DNA from: a virus | Taxonomy: Duplodnaviria > Heunggongvirae > Uroviricota > Caudoviricetes | DNA length: 10,364 nucleotides | Virus record (IMG/VR): IMGVR_UViG_2657245521_000008 | Reading direction: 5' to 3' (one strand) | Part shown: in pieces, positions 6,764 to 10,364 of the stretch | Position numbering within the stretch: the stretch's first letter is position 1 | How the letters are laid out: every line of letters begins with the position of its first letter | Notes under the pieces: model-generated | The model's input: the letters and a program-made list of their open reading frames with translations, nothing else | Databases searched by the model: none | What the model was told of the DNA's origin: nothing | Translations under genes and position numbers: made by a program

Positions 6764-7023
6764 ATATCAACTTAATTTATCGTCATCCGTGTGAGCTGGA
6801 AATTGAATCATTGCTGGGGCGCGAAGAGCCATATCCAGACACATTCACTCCCGCAGATTGCGCGACTGAACGGCTTACCAGAGCGCGCACAGGTCTGGTT
6901 CATGTGATGAATGAGATTGTTCCCTCGGTGGGAGGGGAACAGGCGACAGTAATCAATAGCTGGCTACAAAAAGTTACCTCCCTGATAGATATCGGTTTAA
7001 TCGATGTGGAGAGTGCGAAATGA
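6760..7023 (+). CDS. Small hypothetical protein (87 aa)
   Basis: Complete ORF with start/stop overlaps on both sides (ATGA), GGGGGTG upstream, and ordinary coding-like composition. Confidence 0.6.
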   Translation: MNINLIYRHPCELEIESLLGREEPYPDTFTPADCATERLTRARTGLVHVMNEIVPSVGGEQATVINSWLQKVTSLIDIGLIDVESAK

Positions 7024-7241
7024 CCAACATCCAGCTCATTGAAGCGCAATGTCGCATCGAACAGGTTCAGACTGTTTTAGGGTTCTGGCTTGAAGGGGCC
7101 AGCCCCAGCAACAGAGACAAGTTAATGATTGGCGCGGTTATGTCACTGCTCAATGGCGTACCAGAAGCTATTCAGGAAGCGGACGAATTGTTGGGCAAAT
7201 ATGAGTTACAGAATCATTCAGGCGAGGCAAAACATGAATAA
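7020..7241 (+). CDS. Small hypothetical protein (73 aa)
   Basis: Complete ORF. The start overlaps the previous stop (ATGA), GGAGAG lies upstream, and the stop overlaps the next start as ATGAATAA at 7234-7241. Confidence 0.6.
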   Translation: MTNIQLIEAQCRIEQVQTVLGFWLEGASPSNRDKLMIGAVMSLLNGVPEAIQEADELLGKYELQNHSGEAKHE

Positions 7242-7836
7242 TTTCTTAACTTTCCATGCAGAAGCAACGCCTGACGGCGTAAACATCATGTACCGCAGCA
7301 ACGATGGCATGACAGAACGCGTTGAGACCGTCTCATATATTGATGCCGCAAATCGTCTGGATGCCGGGGATTATGACGATAAACCAGATGAAGGCATGTT
7401 TATACATCTCGCTATTGCCAGTGGCGGCAACCAGGGATATTTCGATTACACATCACAGCATCACGTGATTATGTGGCGCTGGCTGATAGCAACAGCATTC
7501 ATCAATGAAATGAGAAAGGAAAACGGCACCGTCAGCATTATTGATGACAGTGGCAATCATTCCGTGGTTTCTGTTTATTCCAATGGCATCGTCGCCATGC
7601 CGCTGTATCCAGTAGCAGAGCGCCTCGCTATGGCAAACAACATTGAGGGCGCAATGATCGAGAAATATGGTGTTGATGTCGGAACAAATAATGCCATCAT
7701 TTTTTACAGCAACATGTTCGATGTCGAACAGGGAACACTCACTTCGTTTGGGCGAGAAGTGCTTGCCGATCTTCACAACAGCTTTATTGCCGAACTAAAC
7801 GAAAACGGCATCCCAGAAGCACCAGTGACGCACTAA
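7234..7836 (+). CDS. Hypothetical protein (200 aa) immediately upstream of the primase gene
   Basis: The ATG at 7234 is preceded by GAGG with a 6-nt spacer. The track ORF starts at 7129, but that extension overlaps the upstream gene in another frame. No recognisable domain. Confidence 0.62.
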   Translation: MNNFLTFHAEATPDGVNIMYRSNDGMTERVETVSYIDAANRLDAGDYDDKPDEGMFIHLAIASGGNQGYFDYTSQHHVIMWRWLIATAFINEMRKENGTVSIIDDSGNHSVVSVYSNGIVAMPLYPVAERLAMANNIEGAMIEKYGVDVGTNNAIIFYSNMFDVEQGTLTSFGREVLADLHNSFIAELNENGIPEAPVTH

Positions 7837-7848
7837 ACGGGGGCCAGA

Positions 7849-10260
7849 ATGCGAAACATTGATCTTATCCGTCAGGTTATCAGTGCGTCTGAAAACAACT
7901 GGCCTCATGTGCTGGGCTGCCTGAACATAAATGTCCCTGACTCTCCGCGCCGTCATGCTCCCTGCCCTGCATGTGGGGGCAAAGATCGATTCCGGTTCGA
8001 TGACAACGGGCGCGGTAGCTTCATCTGTAATCAGTGCGGCGCTGGTGATGGGCTGGATTTAATTAAACGCGTAAATAACTGCGACACAACAGAGGCGGCG
8101 CTGCTTGCCGCTGATGTTCTGGGTATTGATTACCGGACAACGGAAACACCAGAAGCCACCAGCCAGAAACGGGAACAACTGGAAACCGAGCGCCAGCGAC
8201 GCGAACAGGAGCGCCTGAAAAGGGCGGAGAAGGACGAACAACAAAGACGGGATACGTTTTCCCGTCAGTTTGATGACATGCGCAGAAAGGCTGTAAACGG
8301 CAAATCTGATTATCTGGTTGCGAAAGGGGTAGGTGATTTTACATTCCCCGTGTTGCCCGATGGATCTCTGTTGCTGGCGCTGGTGGATAAATCCGGCGCA
8401 GTCACAGCAGCACAGACTATTACCTCACATGGTGAAAAAAGACTCCTGACAGGTTCAGCAAAGCGGGGGGCATATCACGCCATAAACGCACCAGAAACAA
8501 CACAGAGCATCTTAATCGCAGAAGGGCTGGCAACGGCATTATCTGCCCATTTAATTCGTCCAGAGGCGCTGACAGTGGCGGCGATTGATGCCGGGAACCT
8601 GTTATATGTCGCCCAGGTACTGCGGGATAAATTTCCTTCAGCACAAATCATCATTGCTGCGGATAACGACCACAGCGAAGGAAGACAAAACACGGGGAGA
8701 ATAGCAGCAGAAAAAGCAGCTTTATCTGTTTCTGGATGGGTGGCATTACCCCCGACAGGTCACAAAGCAGACTGGAATGATTACCACCAAAAACACGGCA
8801 TTAAATGCGCCACAGAAGCGTTCAATAAGTCAATGTACCAACCACAGGGTAATGGCGTGAAACAGGAGCCACAGACCATTGAGGGAAGCGATTTTAAGGT
8901 TATGGATACCGACCCACTGAAACCAAGAATAGAAAGCCGCGAGGATGGTATTTATTGGGTATCTCCGAGAGCTGACAGCCAGAGTGGAGAAATCATCAAT
9001 AACGAAAGCTGGTTATGTTCTCCGTTAAGCGTTATCGGTACTGGCAGAGACGATAAAGACCAGTATCTCATTCTTCGCTGGCTGTCGTTTGGTTCTGAAA
9101 CGCCGACAACCGCTGCCATTCCACTGGCTGATATTGGTGAACGTGAAGGATGGCGCACACTTAAAGCTGGTGGGGTAAATGTCACGACCAAAAGCAGCCT
9201 CAGAGCAATACTGGCAGACTGGCTACAACGCAGTGGCTCTCGTGAATTGTGGCGTGTTGCTCATGCCACTGGCTGGCAATGCGGAGCGTACATCATGCCT
9301 GATGGGGAAATCATCGGAACACCTGAAAATCCTGTGCTGTTCAGCGGGAGAAGCTCAGCCGCAGCCGGATATACCGTCTCAGGGAGCGCGAAAAGCTGGC
9401 GTGATAACGTGGCGCGTCTGGCCTTTGGTAACTATTCAATGATGACCGGGATCGGCGCAGCACTGGCAGCGCCATTGATTGGGCTGGTGGGCGCTGACGG
9501 GTTCGGCATTCATTTCTATGAGCAGTCGAGCGCGGGTAAGACCACCACGGCAAACGTGGCGAGCAGCTTATACGGCAACCCTGATTTACTGCGGCTGACG
9601 TGGTACGGAACCGCGCTGGGGCTGGCAAATGAGGCCGCCGCCCACAATGACGGATTAATGCCGCTTGATGAAGTTGGTCAGGGCGCTGATCCTGTCAGCG
9701 TTTCACAGTCTGCCTATGCGTTATTTAACGGTGTAGGGAAACTGCAAGGCGCTAAAGATGGTGGAAACCGGGATCTAAAACGCTGGCGTACAGTGGCAAT
9801 CAGCACCGGAGAAATGGATTTAGAAACATTTATCGCTACTTCCGGGCGAAAAACCAAAGCCGGGCAACTGGTGCGACTGCTGAATATTCCGTTGAGTAAA
9901 GCAGTACGCTTTCACGATTACCAGAACGGAAAACAGCACGCAGACGCACTGAAAGACGCTTACCAGCATCACCATGGCGCAGCCGGGCGTGAGTGGATTA
10001 AATGGCTGGCAGACCACCAGCAACAGGCTATTAAAACTGTTCGTGATTGCGAAAGCAGATGGAGAAGCCTGATCCCATCCGATTATGGTGAGCAGGTTCA
10101 CCGTGTAGCCGCGCGATTTGCCATTCTGGAGGCCGCATTGTTGTTAGGCGAGGTTGTAACAGGCTGGGATGCTCAGACATGCCGTGATGCGATACAGCAC
10201 AGCTATAACGCATGGTTGCGCGAGTTCGGCACAAGTACGTGGGAACCGTGGTCGGGTTAA
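7849..10260 (+). CDS. Primase / replication initiation protein (803 aa): N-terminal zinc-binding primase motif, Toprim domain, C-terminal NTPase/helicase-like domain (P4 alpha / PICI Pri-Rep type)
   Basis: CPACGGKDRFRFDDNGRGSFICNQCGAGDGLDL at residues 38-72 is a Cys4 primase zinc-ribbon motif. ILIAEGLATALSAH ... IIIAADNDHSEGRQNTGRIAAEKAA at residues 221-290 is Toprim-like (E ... DxD). A P-loop-like SSAGKTT lies at residues 560-566. GGGGG Shine-Dalgarno precedes the ATG. Confidence 0.9.
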   Translation: MRNIDLIRQVISASENNWPHVLGCLNINVPDSPRRHAPCPACGGKDRFRFDDNGRGSFICNQCGAGDGLDLIKRVNNCDTTEAALLAADVLGIDYRTTETPEATSQKREQLETERQRREQERLKRAEKDEQQRRDTFSRQFDDMRRKAVNGKSDYLVAKGVGDFTFPVLPDGSLLLALVDKSGAVTAAQTITSHGEKRLLTGSAKRGAYHAINAPETTQSILIAEGLATALSAHLIRPEALTVAAIDAGNLLYVAQVLRDKFPSAQIIIAADNDHSEGRQNTGRIAAEKAALSVSGWVALPPTGHKADWNDYHQKHGIKCATEAFNKSMYQPQGNGVKQEPQTIEGSDFKVMDTDPLKPRIESREDGIYWVSPRADSQSGEIINNESWLCSPLSVIGTGRDDKDQYLILRWLSFGSETPTTAAIPLADIGEREGWRTLKAGGVNVTTKSSLRAILADWLQRSGSRELWRVAHATGWQCGAYIMPDGEIIGTPENPVLFSGRSSAAAGYTVSGSAKSWRDNVARLAFGNYSMMTGIGAALAAPLIGLVGADGFGIHFYEQSSAGKTTTANVASSLYGNPDLLRLTWYGTALGLANEAAAHNDGLMPLDEVGQGADPVSVSQSAYALFNGVGKLQGAKDGGNRDLKRWRTVAISTGEMDLETFIATSGRKTKAGQLVRLLNIPLSKAVRFHDYQNGKQHADALKDAYQHHHGAAGREWIKWLADHQQQAIKTVRDCESRWRSLIPSDYGEQVHRVAARFAILEAALLLGEVVTGWDAQTCRDAIQHSYNAWLREFGTSTWEPWSG

Positions 10261-10364
10261 TCATTGCGGGCGTTGCCCTGCACTTTAAAATTCCCGAAGG
10301 TTACACTCTGACCTTGATGCTGATTACCACCCTCGCCAGCTACCTGATATTGCGCAAAAACTAC

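Larger units (their letters stand above)
1406..10364 (+). mobile_element. Integrative phage-satellite-type element (PICI / P4-like / CP4-57-like) inserted just downstream of yicC; right end outside the window
   Basis: Same-strand module of tyrosine integrase, cargo gene, AlpA-family regulator, AntA-type antirepressor, small coupled ORFs and a zinc-finger/Toprim primase-replication protein, with no phage structural genes. The integrase sits directly after the backbone terminator. The exact left boundary and att core cannot be fixed without the other end. Confidence 0.7.

Noticed and set aside
7129-7233. Longer start at 7129 for the 200-aa gene (track ORF of 235 aa)
   Set aside because: The extension overlaps the upstream 73-aa gene in another frame and lacks a ribosome-binding site, whereas the ATG at 7234 has GAGG upstream and the recurring ATGAATAA overlap junction.
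8059-10264. Seven minus-strand ORFs and one plus-strand ORF (61-95 aa) inside the primase gene
   Set aside because: They are embedded in a long ORF with clear zinc-ribbon and Toprim motifs and read as Ser/Arg/Pro/Leu-rich shadow frames.
1-10364. CRISPR array, IS element or transposase, rRNA or tRNA genes
   Set aside because: No regularly spaced direct repeats with unique spacers, no terminal inverted repeats flanking a transposase-like ORF, and no rRNA-like or tRNA-like sequence were seen.

Overview
Enterobacterial (E. coli-like) chromosomal window. The left end is conserved backbone: the 5' part of rph (minus strand) and a complete yicC (plus strand) with an intrinsic terminator. From about 1.4 kb to the right edge, everything is one same-strand integrative element of the phage-satellite / PICI / CP4-57-like type: tyrosine integrase, an AT-rich cargo gene, an AlpA-family regulator, an AntA-type antirepressor, a chain of small translationally coupled ORFs, and an 803-aa primase/replication protein. 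The element continues past the right edge. Main points for follow-up: (1) the AT-rich 316-aa gene between int and alpA, with no recognisable family and its own terminator, is a candidate accessory or anti-phage gene; (2) positions 5947-6170 look like an intergenic control region (terminator-like hairpin, TATAAT, hairpins, a 9-nt anti-Shine-Dalgarno match) yet lie inside a stop-free 355-codon ORF, which conflicts with a codon-usage-supported gene in another frame; (3) four copies of the palindrome TGTACA sit upstream of int. All calls come from reading the sequence and the supplied ORF track; no database search or folding program was run.
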